Source: an uncultured Candidatus Bathyarchaeia archaeon
GTDB lineage: Archaea; Thermoproteota; Bathyarchaeia; Bathyarchaeales; DTEX01
DNA length: 64,000 nucleotides
NCBI GenBank assembly: GCA_964584965.1
Contig: CAZPBM010000023.1
Span: 713-64,712 of the forward strand
Reading direction: 5' to 3'
Shown: positions 1 through 9,179 of the stretch, piece by piece
Layout of the letters: the number at the start of each line of letters is the position of its first letter
How positions within the stretch are numbered: position 1 is the first letter of the stretch
Position numbers and translations under genes: made by a program
Notes under the pieces: generated by a model
The model's database searches: none
Told to the model about the DNA's origin: nothing
Seen by the model: only the letters and a program-made list of their open reading frames with translations

Positions 1-403
1 TGTCCAAGTCGCCGACTGCTTGGTCGTGATATTTCTGAAAGCTGTTGTCAATAACGTGCCTGGTCCAAAGTTCCTCCGGTTCTGAAGAATTTTCAAACCA
101 GTATAGCTCGTGACCGTAAAAAGGTTGTCCAGCAACAATGTCTAATCTGCCATCTCCGTTAATGTCGATCACTGCACCGCCAGCTTCCAGGTTTGCCCTT
201 GCAACGTAGCGTTTCGTCCATTTTGGATACTCGTAAAGAACCAGATAGCCTTCTTCCGTTGGAGGATTAATGAAGTTTCCAATAACCACATCGTTAAAAC
301 CGTCTCCGTTGAAATCAGAAACCAAGCACAAAGAGTTCCCTGAAACAATCGTGTGCCTATCAATAAACCTGTGACGGAATATAGGCTTACAGACACTATT
401 CAA
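1..403 (-). CDS. FG-GAP/VCBS repeat protein, partial (3' end runs off the left edge of the window)
   Basis: My own minus-strand translation; the ORF is open-ended and so absent from the ORF track. It reads ...LVSDFNGDGFNDVVIGNF...GAVIDINGDGRLDIVAGQPFYGHELYWFEN...QAVGDLD. The repeated DxNxDGxxD loops are typical of FG-GAP repeats. There is no in-frame ATG or GTG; the only candidate start is TTG at 403, so the start is uncertain. Confidence 0.6.
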   Translation of the reverse strand, partial: MNSVCKPIFRHRFIDRHTIVSGNSLCLVSDFNGDGFNDVVIGNFINPPTEEGYLVLYEYPKWTKRYVARANLEAGGAVIDINGDGRLDIVAGQPFYGHELYWFENSSEPEELWTRHVIDNSFQKYHDQAVGDLD

Positions 404-502
404 GTTTGCTACACCAATATCATACAGTGTTTTGGCAAGTTTTAATTATTTTCGTTAACACTTATCTTTCGCAAAAGTCATGACATCCATGAGGAATCCA
501 TT

Positions 503-1846
503 TTGAAATACGAAGAACTCGAAGCACTTGTAAAAGAAGAAACCACGCAAAGAGAAGAAGAAGGCTGCGAAGCAACAGAAATTAAAGAAGAACTAAAAAA
601 AATCAAGAGGAAAAGCCCAAGAAAACTTGAGCACATCTTGAAAAGCTTGTCAATGCTTTCCGTGAAAGAAGATTTTCCATATCGTGAGCCTTCCACGCTT
701 GAGGAAATAAGAGCGGAGCGACCCAAAAAACATAAAACAATAGAGTTTAAACTTGATGAAGAGCATCTTTATGACAAAATTTTTGGAGGATGGCTGGGAC
801 GCTGCGCCGGCTGTCTGCTTGGCAAACCCGTTGAAGGCTTAACTAAAGAACAAATCGAAGAGTGGCTTAAGATCGCAGGCGCATACCCACTTAGTAATTA
901 TTTTCCACCTTTACGCGATGTTAAGGGTCTTCCAGACTGGTTGAAGAAACGTGCCTCTTGGACAGGCGTTCTTTTGGGGCACATTACCCATATGCCTCGC
1001 GACGACGACATCGATTATCCAATAATTAATCTTCACCTTCTAGAAACGAAGGGATTCAAGTTCACAACATTGGATGTTGGAAACAACTGGCTTGAAAACC
1101 TTCCATATTTTAAGGTTTACACCGCTGAAAGAGTAGCATACAGAAACCTAGTCAATGGGCTTGTTCCACCTGAAACGGCACAATACCTAAACCCTTATCG
1201 TGAATGGATAGGCGCCCAAATAAGGGCAGACATATTTGGCTACGTGACGCCTGGGATGCCTGAGCTTGGAGCTGAACTTGGCTACAGAGATGCAATCCTA
1301 TCACACGTGAAAAACGGCATCTATGGCGAAATGTTTGTTGCTGCAATGATCAGCGCCGCCTTTACGACCAGCAACATCGAGGAAATAGTTGATTATGGGC
1401 TTTCGGAAATTCCAGAAAAATCTAGGCTTTTCGAGGCAGTGAAAAACGTTATTGCTTGGAGCAAGAAATATGATGATTGGAGAGACACGTGGCAAAAAAT
1501 TTTCGACAGATACGGTCATTATCACGGAGTTCACACCATAAACAACGCCGCACTTGTTCTTTTAGGACTTTTATATGGAAAAGGCGACTACGAGAAAAGC
1601 ATCGCCATAAGCGTCATGGGAGGATGGGACACCGACTGCAACGGAGCAACAACTGGATCGATTCTCGGAGTTGTGCTTGGAGCAAAAAAGCTTCCAAAAA
1701 AATGGATTAACCCGCTGAACAACATGGTTGAAAGCTACGTGGTAGGCTACAACAACAGCAAAATTTCAGACCTGGCTCAAAGAACTTTTATCCTAGCTCA
1801 GCAAGCTCAAAAAGCAATTCTAGAAAGAAAAAACAAAGAGAAATGA
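503..1846 (+). CDS. ADP-ribosylglycohydrolase family protein with an E/K-rich N-terminal extension
   Basis: The N-terminal family motif is GGWLGRCAGCLLGKPVEG and the C-terminal metal-site motif is GGWDTDCNGATTGSILGV. The ORF opens at TTG; the first ATG is at 653, so the true start is uncertain. Confidence 0.8.
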   Translation: MKYEELEALVKEETTQREEEGCEATEIKEELKKIKRKSPRKLEHILKSLSMLSVKEDFPYREPSTLEEIRAERPKKHKTIEFKLDEEHLYDKIFGGWLGRCAGCLLGKPVEGLTKEQIEEWLKIAGAYPLSNYFPPLRDVKGLPDWLKKRASWTGVLLGHITHMPRDDDIDYPIINLHLLETKGFKFTTLDVGNNWLENLPYFKVYTAERVAYRNLVNGLVPPETAQYLNPYREWIGAQIRADIFGYVTPGMPELGAELGYRDAILSHVKNGIYGEMFVAAMISAAFTTSNIEEIVDYGLSEIPEKSRLFEAVKNVIAWSKKYDDWRDTWQKIFDRYGHYHGVHTINNAALVLLGLLYGKGDYEKSIAISVMGGWDTDCNGATTGSILGVVLGAKKLPKKWINPLNNMVESYVVGYNNSKISDLAQRTFILAQQAQKAILERKNKEK

Positions 1847-1866
1847 TGGACACAAATGAAGGGCCG

Positions 1867-2550
1867 TCATTGAATTAAGGTTCCTATTTTTTCACCCTTT
1901 AAAGCCGCCAAGAGGTTTTCAGGCTTTTTCCCATTGACAATTATCGTTTTTATACGGTTCTTTTTTAGTATGCGAATGGCTTCTGGATCAATTATTTGGT
2001 GGATTCCAGCCTTATGCTTGTCCTGCTCCATGAGTTGACTTAGATCATCAAAGCTTAGTCTATCAATCTTCTTAGCGTCTGAATATTTTTTCGGATCTTT
2101 TGTGTAAACGCCATCTTGATCAGAGACTTTCACGATAAGCTCGGCGCCCACGTGAGACGCAACCAACGCAGCAACAGTATCCGTAGTCATTCCAGGCTTT
2201 AAACCGCCCATCACAACAATACCCTTTTCATTCAAAACCTCTGAAACTGTTTCCAAAGACGTTGGAATTGTCTTCCATTCTAGACCTCCGAGCTTTAGCG
2301 CTAACAATTGTGCAAAAAGCCTAGAAACCGATATTGCAACCTCATCTTGTTCCTCCTCTTTTAAGCCAATTTCCTTCGCAAGTTGAATGTATTGACGCGC
2401 AGGAGCGCCTCCTCCAACGACCACCACCGCCTCATAACCCTCTGCCCTTAGATTACGGAAAACCTCGGCATATTTTTGTATCAACTGAGGGTTTGGAGGC
2501 GACGCAACCACTGAACCGCCAACTCTTAATACAATCCTCATGAACTGCAC
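1867..2550 (-). CDS. pyrH: Uridylate (UMP) kinase, archaeal type
   Basis: MRIVLRVGGSVV..., VVVVGGG, and GGLKPGMTTDTVAALVA are amino-acid-kinase fold motifs, and the ~225-aa length fits. The likely true start is MRIV at 2541. Confidence 0.9.
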   Translation of the reverse strand: MQFMRIVLRVGGSVVASPPNPQLIQKYAEVFRNLRAEGYEAVVVVGGGAPARQYIQLAKEIGLKEEEQDEVAISVSRLFAQLLALKLGGLEWKTIPTSLETVSEVLNEKGIVVMGGLKPGMTTDTVAALVASHVGAELIVKVSDQDGVYTKDPKKYSDAKKIDRLSFDDLSQLMEQDKHKAGIHQIIDPEAIRILKKNRIKTIIVNGKKPENLLAALKGEKIGTLIQ

Positions 2551-2693
2551 CGAACACTCATTTTAGGCAATTGAATATAAATATCATATTCTCTTTATGT
2601 GATTATTTTAGAACGTTTTCAAAGATATGCATAATTGCTAAATGCTGAAAAGCACCTTAAAGAAGCACAAGCGTAATAGAGCTGAAGTTAGCC

Positions 2694-3515
2694 ATGATTG
2701 AGATAGTTTTTCTCGGAACAGGAGGAGGACGATTCGCAACAATCACACAAAAGCTAAGAACCGGAGGCATCCGCATCCTCTCAGATGAATTGAACTTAAA
2801 CATCCACCTTGACCCTGGACCGGGCGCTTTAATTTATTCTTTAGAGGCTGGTTTGAACCCGAAAGAACTGAACGGCATAATCGTTTCTCACTCTCACATT
2901 GATCATATGAATGATGCTGCAGTTCTGATAGAGGCTATGACTGAGGGTGGCACCAAAAAACACGGCTTGCTGGCAGCGTCTCACAGTGTTCTTTACGGAA
3001 ACGAAATATGTGACAAGGCAATTTCAAATTATCACATTAAGCTTCCAGAAAAAGTCATTGAAGCCAAAGTGGGAAGCACATTTACCATTAACGATATAAA
3101 TGTCAAAGTATGTCGAGCTGTCCATTCTGACCCCGAAACCGTGGGATTCAAGTTTGAAACCCCAAAATTTGGAGCCCTTGCATACCTGCCTGACTCAGAA
3201 TATTATGAAGACCTCAACGAATTCTTGAACGGTTCCAGACTACTGATTCTTTCAGTTCTTAGACCTTCAGAAAAACCTTGGAAAGGCCACATGTCAACAG
3301 ATGATGCTGTCAAAATTATCAGTGAGGTTCATCCAGAAATGGCCGTTATTACCCACCTTGGGACTCTTATGATAATCAAGGGGCCAGACAGCGAAGCTTC
3401 TTTCATTCAAAAGTCAACTGGAGTAATGACGAGAGCCGCTAAGGACGGAATGCGCATAAATTTTGGTGAAAAAATCTTTTTGAAAACCTTAACAAATAAA
3501 AATGAGGATCAATGA
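2694..3515 (+). CDS. MBL-fold metallo-hydrolase
   Basis: HSHIDHMND matches the HxHxDH zinc motif, and FLGTGGG lies at the N-terminus. Length is 273 aa. Confidence 0.8.
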   Translation: MIEIVFLGTGGGRFATITQKLRTGGIRILSDELNLNIHLDPGPGALIYSLEAGLNPKELNGIIVSHSHIDHMNDAAVLIEAMTEGGTKKHGLLAASHSVLYGNEICDKAISNYHIKLPEKVIEAKVGSTFTINDINVKVCRAVHSDPETVGFKFETPKFGALAYLPDSEYYEDLNEFLNGSRLLILSVLRPSEKPWKGHMSTDDAVKIISEVHPEMAVITHLGTLMIIKGPDSEASFIQKSTGVMTRAAKDGMRINFGEKIFLKTLTNKNEDQ

Positions 3516-3540
3516 ACCCTCTCATCTTTTTATGTTATGT

Positions 3541-6012
3541 CTAAGTTACTTCTATGAACGCATCTTCTGACAGCTCGTCATATTTTTCGGTTTCTACAGG
3601 TTTACCAAAAGAAAGGTTTACGATTCCGTGCATGGCTTTAAGGTCGTCTTTTAATGGTTCAAGCTGAACCGGTGCAAATATTTGAGCCTCCAGCTTCTCG
3701 CTTAAAGCTAAACCTCGGTTTTTCTTGTACCGCCACACAGCGTTGTTGAACTCGACAAGTTTCGGAAGCAACTCTAAATAGCTACTTCTCCAGTTTGAGG
3801 TTTCTTTTGGAAAATCCTGAAGGTGTATACTTTGTTTTGAGTAGAGTTCAAGCCATAAAGCTTCAGTTATGAATGGACAGATGGGAGCTAACAATTTTAG
3901 AACGGTCTCTAAACATTTATGTAACGTAAACCAGGCGCCTCTTTGAAGTTCTAAGCTAAATTTTCCACCTCTGTTGTAGGCTCGAGACTTTACTGCTTCG
4001 AGATAATGGTCTGCAAACAAGTTCCACGTAAAAGTCCTAATTGCAGTAGCAACTGCGAAAACGTTCATCTCTTCATATCCTGCAATGCAATCGCGGATGA
4101 GTTCATTGAGTCTTCCCAAAATCATCAAGTCAAGTGGTGCAAGTTCATATTTTTCATGCGTTTGTGGAAATGAAGAAATGTATCTAGCTATGTTCCAAAG
4201 CTTTGTTAGAAACTTCGAGTTTCCTTGGATCCTTTCAAACGAGCATCTTATGTCGCCACGAGTTATGTTGCCTTCCAAACCGGACCAAATTCGGAAGGCT
4301 TCGGCTCCAAACCTGTTTATTGCTTCTTGAGGATCAATCCAAGTTTTAGGATTACTTTTACTTATTTTTCTACCCTCTTCGTCAACAACGTGCATGTGTA
4401 TCCAGACGTTTCGGAAGGGCGCCTTGCCAAAAAGCAAATGAGATTTCAACATAGTAAAATAAAGCCAGTTTCTAACAATTTCTTTCCCTTGTGGTCGAAG
4501 GCTGCACGGAAAGCTTTTTTCGAAAAATTCCCCGCCCCAGAGTAATCCGAGTATGTAGGCTTCAGACGTGGCTGAGTCAAACCAAGTGTCGAAAGTTCTA
4601 TCTTCACCGCGAAACTCAGTGGAGCTGCATTTTGGACACTTGTCTATTGGAGGTTTTTCTTTCCAAGGCTGATAATATCTTTCTGGCTTTGGAACATATA
4701 CATAGTCACAGTTTTTACAGTACCAAAGTGGGATTTCAGTTCCATAATATCTTCGTCTTGAGATAACCCAGTCTATGCCCACCGAGTTTATCCAGTCGAT
4801 GAGAATTTGTTTACTTTCAGGTGCAAAAAAGGTCATCTGATCAGTCATTTGCAAAAGAGCATCTTTAAATTCAACTTGCTTAAGGTAAATTTCCTTCATT
4901 GGCACAAACTCAATTGGATTTTTGGATCTCCAACAAATAGGTCTCCTCTGCACAAGTTTCTCAGTCTTCACATACAAACCTTGATTTTTTAAATCTTCGA
5001 TAATTCTTTTTCTAGCTTCTTTAACTGAAAGACAAGCGTATTTTCCCGCATTTTGGTTCATTTTTCCCTTGGAATCTATCGAATAGACAGGATCCAAGCT
5101 AAGTTCTCTTAGTATGCGAACGTCGCTGTAGTCACCGAAACTGCAGATCATAACGAGTCCTGAACCAAACTCAGGCTTCGCATATGAATGAGGCTGAATT
5201 TCTACCGAGTTTCCATAAATGGGTACGACTGCATGTTTTCCCTCAAGGTTGTTGTAACGTTCGTCTTCGGGGTTAAAAATTACGGTTCTACATGAACACA
5301 GGAGCTCAGGCCTAGTTGTCGCTATAACCAAATCTTGCCCAGTTTCTTGAAGCTTGAATTTTATGTAGTGCAGCTCTGTTTCTTCTTCCTCATATTCCAC
5401 CTCAGCGTCAGATATTGTTGTTCCGCAGACTGGGCAATAGTTCGTTGTCTTCTCGTCTTCGTAGACGAGTCCCTTGTTCCAAAACTCGATGAACGTCTTC
5501 TGAGTTAGTCTACGATATTCAGGATCATCAGTCTCATATCTTCCGCCCACTTGGTGTTCAAGGTCCCAAGAATTACAGCTTAGTCCTAGTCTTTTGAAAG
5601 TGTCAAGAGACCTGTCGCCGCTTTCTTGAAGTATGCGTCGGCATTTTTCTATAAATTCTTCTCTGGGAGTCTCATGCATAGAGATCTTGTAGTACTTTTC
5701 GGTTTGAACCTCAACTGGTAAGCCATTCTTGTCCAATCCCATAGGAAACAGAACATTAAATCCCGCCATCCTTTTGTATCGTGCGAAAACATCCATCCAA
5801 GTATACGTAAAAGCTTGACCGATATGAACCGGAGTATTCACGTATGGAGGCGGCGTGTCAATGCTGAAAACCGGCTTTTTACTCGTTTTGTCGAATCTAT
5901 ATATTCCCTCTTTTTGCCACTTCTGAAAAAGCACAAGTTCGATCTTTGGATCCCAAGTCTTCATGGTTAGACTGGGTTTGAAAGTTTGAGAACCTTCAGT
6001 TTCCATAGACAT
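3541..6012 (-). CDS. valS: Valine--tRNA ligase (archaeal type)
   Basis: FSIDTPPPYVNTPVHIGQAFTYTWMDVFARYKRMAGFNVLFPMGLDKNGLPVE matches the class I ValRS N-terminus. The KMSKS-type loop reads GRKISKS. Length is 823 aa. Confidence 0.9.
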   Translation of the reverse strand: MSMETEGSQTFKPSLTMKTWDPKIELVLFQKWQKEGIYRFDKTSKKPVFSIDTPPPYVNTPVHIGQAFTYTWMDVFARYKRMAGFNVLFPMGLDKNGLPVEVQTEKYYKISMHETPREEFIEKCRRILQESGDRSLDTFKRLGLSCNSWDLEHQVGGRYETDDPEYRRLTQKTFIEFWNKGLVYEDEKTTNYCPVCGTTISDAEVEYEEEETELHYIKFKLQETGQDLVIATTRPELLCSCRTVIFNPEDERYNNLEGKHAVVPIYGNSVEIQPHSYAKPEFGSGLVMICSFGDYSDVRILRELSLDPVYSIDSKGKMNQNAGKYACLSVKEARKRIIEDLKNQGLYVKTEKLVQRRPICWRSKNPIEFVPMKEIYLKQVEFKDALLQMTDQMTFFAPESKQILIDWINSVGIDWVISRRRYYGTEIPLWYCKNCDYVYVPKPERYYQPWKEKPPIDKCPKCSSTEFRGEDRTFDTWFDSATSEAYILGLLWGGEFFEKSFPCSLRPQGKEIVRNWLYFTMLKSHLLFGKAPFRNVWIHMHVVDEEGRKISKSNPKTWIDPQEAINRFGAEAFRIWSGLEGNITRGDIRCSFERIQGNSKFLTKLWNIARYISSFPQTHEKYELAPLDLMILGRLNELIRDCIAGYEEMNVFAVATAIRTFTWNLFADHYLEAVKSRAYNRGGKFSLELQRGAWFTLHKCLETVLKLLAPICPFITEALWLELYSKQSIHLQDFPKETSNWRSSYLELLPKLVEFNNAVWRYKKNRGLALSEKLEAQIFAPVQLEPLKDDLKAMHGIVNLSFGKPVETEKYDELSEDAFIEVT

Positions 6013-6360
6013 TCACCAATCTTTCACAAATTTCGTCAAAGAGGAAAGAAGATTCGAAAATATTTTTTAACAAAGGCCCTTTTCGGGCTAAAGTACTTGG
6101 TAATGGCGGTGCATTGGCGCCAATCGAACCACCTTTCCTCCAGCAAACAGTTATTTTCTAATGAACGGGTTGTTTCATATAAATATAATCGTTTCGGAAG
6201 TACATTTGTTTCTTTTTATCTGTTGAAAGTTATTAAAGACATAGAATCAGATAATGAAAAACACATATTACTATTATCATTCTTCATTGGAAAAGTTCAC
6301 CACCCTCTATATCTATTTTTTATGATTATCGGTTGTTTAGAAGTCCAAAATTCAGAGATT

Positions 6361-6915
6361 TTATTTTTTGGTTCTCTTTTGTTTTGTTGTGACAGAATTC
6401 TCAAGAAGCATATAATATGAGGCTTCGTCGTAGAAGGTTCCGTTTTTACGGATCCGTTTTCGCCTGATTTTTTCAAGTTTAAATCCAGCCTTCTCTGCGA
6501 CGTGTCTCATCGCATAGTTGTCAGCGCGGGTTTCAATCTCTAACCTAACTATGCCGCTCTTTTTGGCCAGCTTAAGTGCTGACTTCATAAGTCGTGTGGC
6601 GATTCCTTTTCCCCAAAAATCCGGGTGTACACTAATACCTATGGCCGCCACATGATCCATATATGTTCCGTACCGCCAAAGACCAAGAAAACCTGCAACT
6701 CTATCACCGTTTTTTGCAACCAAAATTTCGGCTTTTCGGTTCTTAGGCAAGTTTCGAAAGAACCGCCTGTAAGCTAAATATTCTCTTTCAACATTAGTTT
6801 CTACGCGTATAATGAGCCATTCTCGCACCTTTTCGTGGCATTCTATCTCAGCAATAGCTTTTACGTCTTTAACCTTTAGCTTTGTTTGTTTTGCGTTAAT
6901 AATTTCAGTTTTCAA
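6361..6915 (-). CDS. GNAT family N-acetyltransferase
   Basis: The acetyl-CoA binding region reads HPDFWGKGIATRLMKSALKLAKKSG. Length is 184 aa. Confidence 0.8.
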   Translation of the reverse strand: MKTEIINAKQTKLKVKDVKAIAEIECHEKVREWLIIRVETNVEREYLAYRRFFRNLPKNRKAEILVAKNGDRVAGFLGLWRYGTYMDHVAAIGISVHPDFWGKGIATRLMKSALKLAKKSGIVRLEIETRADNYAMRHVAEKAGFKLEKIRRKRIRKNGTFYDEASYYMLLENSVTTKQKRTKK

Positions 6916-7069
6916 GATGTCCCTCCAAAGGGATGAAACAAAAGACCAAGCCAGAATTATTTAAGCTTTATCTTCAGTGTTCTTCTGCTCATATAGCACG
7001 TAAAAAAATTAGTAGTTAAATATAAAAAACTAAATAATTGTCATCCTGTAAATTGAGAATGTAACCGCC

Positions 7070-8095
7070 ATGACCATAAAATATGACAAAAAACGAAGAA
7101 ACATAATAGTTGGGGTTCTTTTTAATACTCCTGTTGAGCCATTAAAGGGTGAGGAAATAGATTTTATTGCTGATGCAGAAGTTAAGGAAGTAGCAGAAGC
7201 TGTTCAGAAAGCCTTGGAAAAACTGGGTTTAGAATACCAAATGATACCTTTTGAGATGGACTTTGAAGTTTTGGTTAAGACACTAAAGCATCGTAAACCC
7301 AACGTAGTCATAAATCTTTGTGAAGGAGCTTATGGAGATAGCCATCAAGAAATGAACATTCCTGCAATTCTTGAAATACTCAGAATACCTTATACTGGCT
7401 CCTCCCCATTAACACTTGGGATATGTCAAAATAAAAGGCTTACAAAAGAGATATTAAGAGCAAACAGGTTACCAACACCTAAATTTACAATTCTGGAAAA
7501 CTTTAGCGACTGGAAGAAAGAAATAAGATTTCCCTTATTCGTCAAACCTTCAAAAGAAGACGCAAGTATCGGCATTTCAAGTAAAAGCTACGTAAGAAAC
7601 GAAGCTGAACTTAAGGCCCAAGTTGAATACATACATAATCGTTACAAGCAACCAGCATTAGTAGAAGAATACGTGGCTGGAAGAGAGCTTAACGTGTCAA
7701 TTCTAGGCAACGAGAATCCAATTGTTCTTCCAATCTCTGAAATAACGTTCGATTTTTCTGAAGAACCAAAAATAGTTGACTTTTCAGCTAAATGGCTAAA
7801 AGAAAGTGAACAATACAAGAAGACAAAACCAGTATGCCCAGCATTACTCCCGGCATCTGTAAAAAATAAAATAGAGGAAATCGCATTGCTCGCATACGAA
7901 AGTCTTTATTGCAGAGATTACGCACGAATTGACATACGCCTAAAAGGAAATCACCCACTGATTCTTGAAGCTAACCCTAACCCTGACATAGCACCCGATG
8001 CAGGGTTCGTTCGTTCGTTAAGGGTTGCTGGAATATCTTACGAACAGTTTATCGAAAAAATAATTCATTTTGCTCTACAAAGAGGATCCAGCTAA
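7070..8095 (+). CDS. ATP-grasp enzyme, D-alanine--D-alanine ligase-like (paralog A)
   Basis: The layout is Ddl-like: a pre-ATP-grasp N-domain (VVINLCEG...IPYTGS), FPLFVKPSKEDASIGIS, QPALVEEYVAGRELNVSILGNE, and ARIDIRL...ILEANPNPDI. Confidence 0.75.
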   Translation: MTIKYDKKRRNIIVGVLFNTPVEPLKGEEIDFIADAEVKEVAEAVQKALEKLGLEYQMIPFEMDFEVLVKTLKHRKPNVVINLCEGAYGDSHQEMNIPAILEILRIPYTGSSPLTLGICQNKRLTKEILRANRLPTPKFTILENFSDWKKEIRFPLFVKPSKEDASIGISSKSYVRNEAELKAQVEYIHNRYKQPALVEEYVAGRELNVSILGNENPIVLPISEITFDFSEEPKIVDFSAKWLKESEQYKKTKPVCPALLPASVKNKIEEIALLAYESLYCRDYARIDIRLKGNHPLILEANPNPDIAPDAGFVRSLRVAGISYEQFIEKIIHFALQRGSS

Positions 8096-8114
8096 AAAAG
8101 AAACTGAAAGTAAT

Positions 8115-9170
8115 TTACAGTAAACTAACCATTGAATGATTTTCGAATAAATGTTGAAGATTATATCTTTTCAAGGCTTGCCAAAGAATTGTACAAATTA
8201 GCTGGTCATAATCAATACCTGCTGCGGAAGCAGCTTCTGGAAGGCACGAATGAGCATCAGGATCAGGAATTAAGCCGGGCAATGGGTTAACTTCCAATAC
8301 TCGGGGCTTACCTGCTTTGTCAAGTCTTATGTCCATTCGGCAAAGATCTCGACAGTTAAGGACACGGAAAGCTTTAACTGCAATTTGTTTTATTTCTGTT
8401 TCAAGTTTAGCTGGAACATCAGCTGGGCAACAGAAGATGTCAAGTGGTTTCTTTGGTACATCCCAAATCCATTTTGCCTCATAAGAATAAATTGGGCTGG
8501 CTTCGCTTGGAAGTTTTTCAAGCAAAATTTCGACTATCGGAAGGACAAAAGGATTTCCGTTGCCGATTAAGCCAACAGTGAACTCTCTACCTGGAAGAAA
8601 TTCTTCCACAATTGCTGGTTGCTTGTAAGTGTTGATAACCCAGCTAATTTGGTCTCTTAGACTCTTTTCATCTTTTACTAGAGACTTAGTCCTAATTCCT
8701 TTGCTTGAGCCTTCAGCTAATGGTTTAACGATTAGAGGGAACTCGAACTTCCGTTTTCTTTCTTGGTTAGGTGACGAAAACACTTGAAAATTTGGTGAAG
8801 GAACACCGTTGGCTTTAAGGAATTGATGCGTTAAAGCCTTATCTAAGGCTATGGCTAAGGTGAGTGGTCCTGAACCAGTGTACGGTATTCCCAGCATTTC
8901 CAACATTGCGGGAATTTGAGATTCTCTGCTTTCGCCTCTTAACCCTTCAGCAATGTTGAAGACAATGTCCGGCTTCAGATTTTGAAATTTGTTGTATGCA
9001 TCTTCGTTTGCTTCTATTTTTAATACTTCGCATTTGCCTTTCCTCAAGGCTTCCGCTATGGCGTGAACTGTTGTTTCATCATCAAATTCAATGTAGAAAT
9101 CTTCAGGTTGCTCTGAATTCTGGTCCACTGGCTTCTTAATGTTATATGTTAATCCAACATGAAGTGTCAT
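8115..9170 (-). CDS. ATP-grasp enzyme, D-alanine--D-alanine ligase-like (paralog B)
   Basis: FPLIVKPLAEGSSKGI, QPAIVEEFLPGREFTVGLIGNG, and CRMDIRLDKAGKPRVLEVNPLPGL. It lies 9 nt downstream of, and co-directional with, the KamA-like gene. Confidence 0.75.
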   Translation of the reverse strand: MTLHVGLTYNIKKPVDQNSEQPEDFYIEFDDETTVHAIAEALRKGKCEVLKIEANEDAYNKFQNLKPDIVFNIAEGLRGESRESQIPAMLEMLGIPYTGSGPLTLAIALDKALTHQFLKANGVPSPNFQVFSSPNQERKRKFEFPLIVKPLAEGSSKGIRTKSLVKDEKSLRDQISWVINTYKQPAIVEEFLPGREFTVGLIGNGNPFVLPIVEILLEKLPSEASPIYSYEAKWIWDVPKKPLDIFCCPADVPAKLETEIKQIAVKAFRVLNCRDLCRMDIRLDKAGKPRVLEVNPLPGLIPDPDAHSCLPEAASAAGIDYDQLICTILWQALKRYNLQHLFENHSMVSLL

Positions 9171-9179
9171 TGTCTTTCA

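Noticed and set aside
4085-4992. Several 60-106 aa plus-strand ORFs from the track lie inside valS (4085-4330, 4225-4545, 4491-4766, 4807-4992).
   Set aside because: They are antisense shadow ORFs within a well-supported 823-aa gene. They have low-complexity composition and no recognisable motifs. The same reasoning applies to track ORFs nested antisense in KamA, the bactofilin-like gene, aRF1, AOR, TldD/PmbA, GH38, the MFS gene and the giant gene.
6101-6135. A tRNA-like string (reverse complement ggtggttcgattggcgcc) and a 12-nt perfect palindrome ATTGGCGCCAAT at 6113-6124.
   Set aside because: The TTCGATT-like loop has no complementary 5-bp T-stem, and I could not build a cloverleaf or acceptor stem. 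An isolated palindrome in a promoter region could be a binding site, but there is no second copy or supporting context.
5986-6420. A 144-aa plus-strand ORF spans the valS-GNAT intergenic region.
   Set aside because: It overlaps the valS start and the GNAT 3' end. It is rich in F/L/K/I as expected from AT-rich non-coding DNA, and it has no motif.
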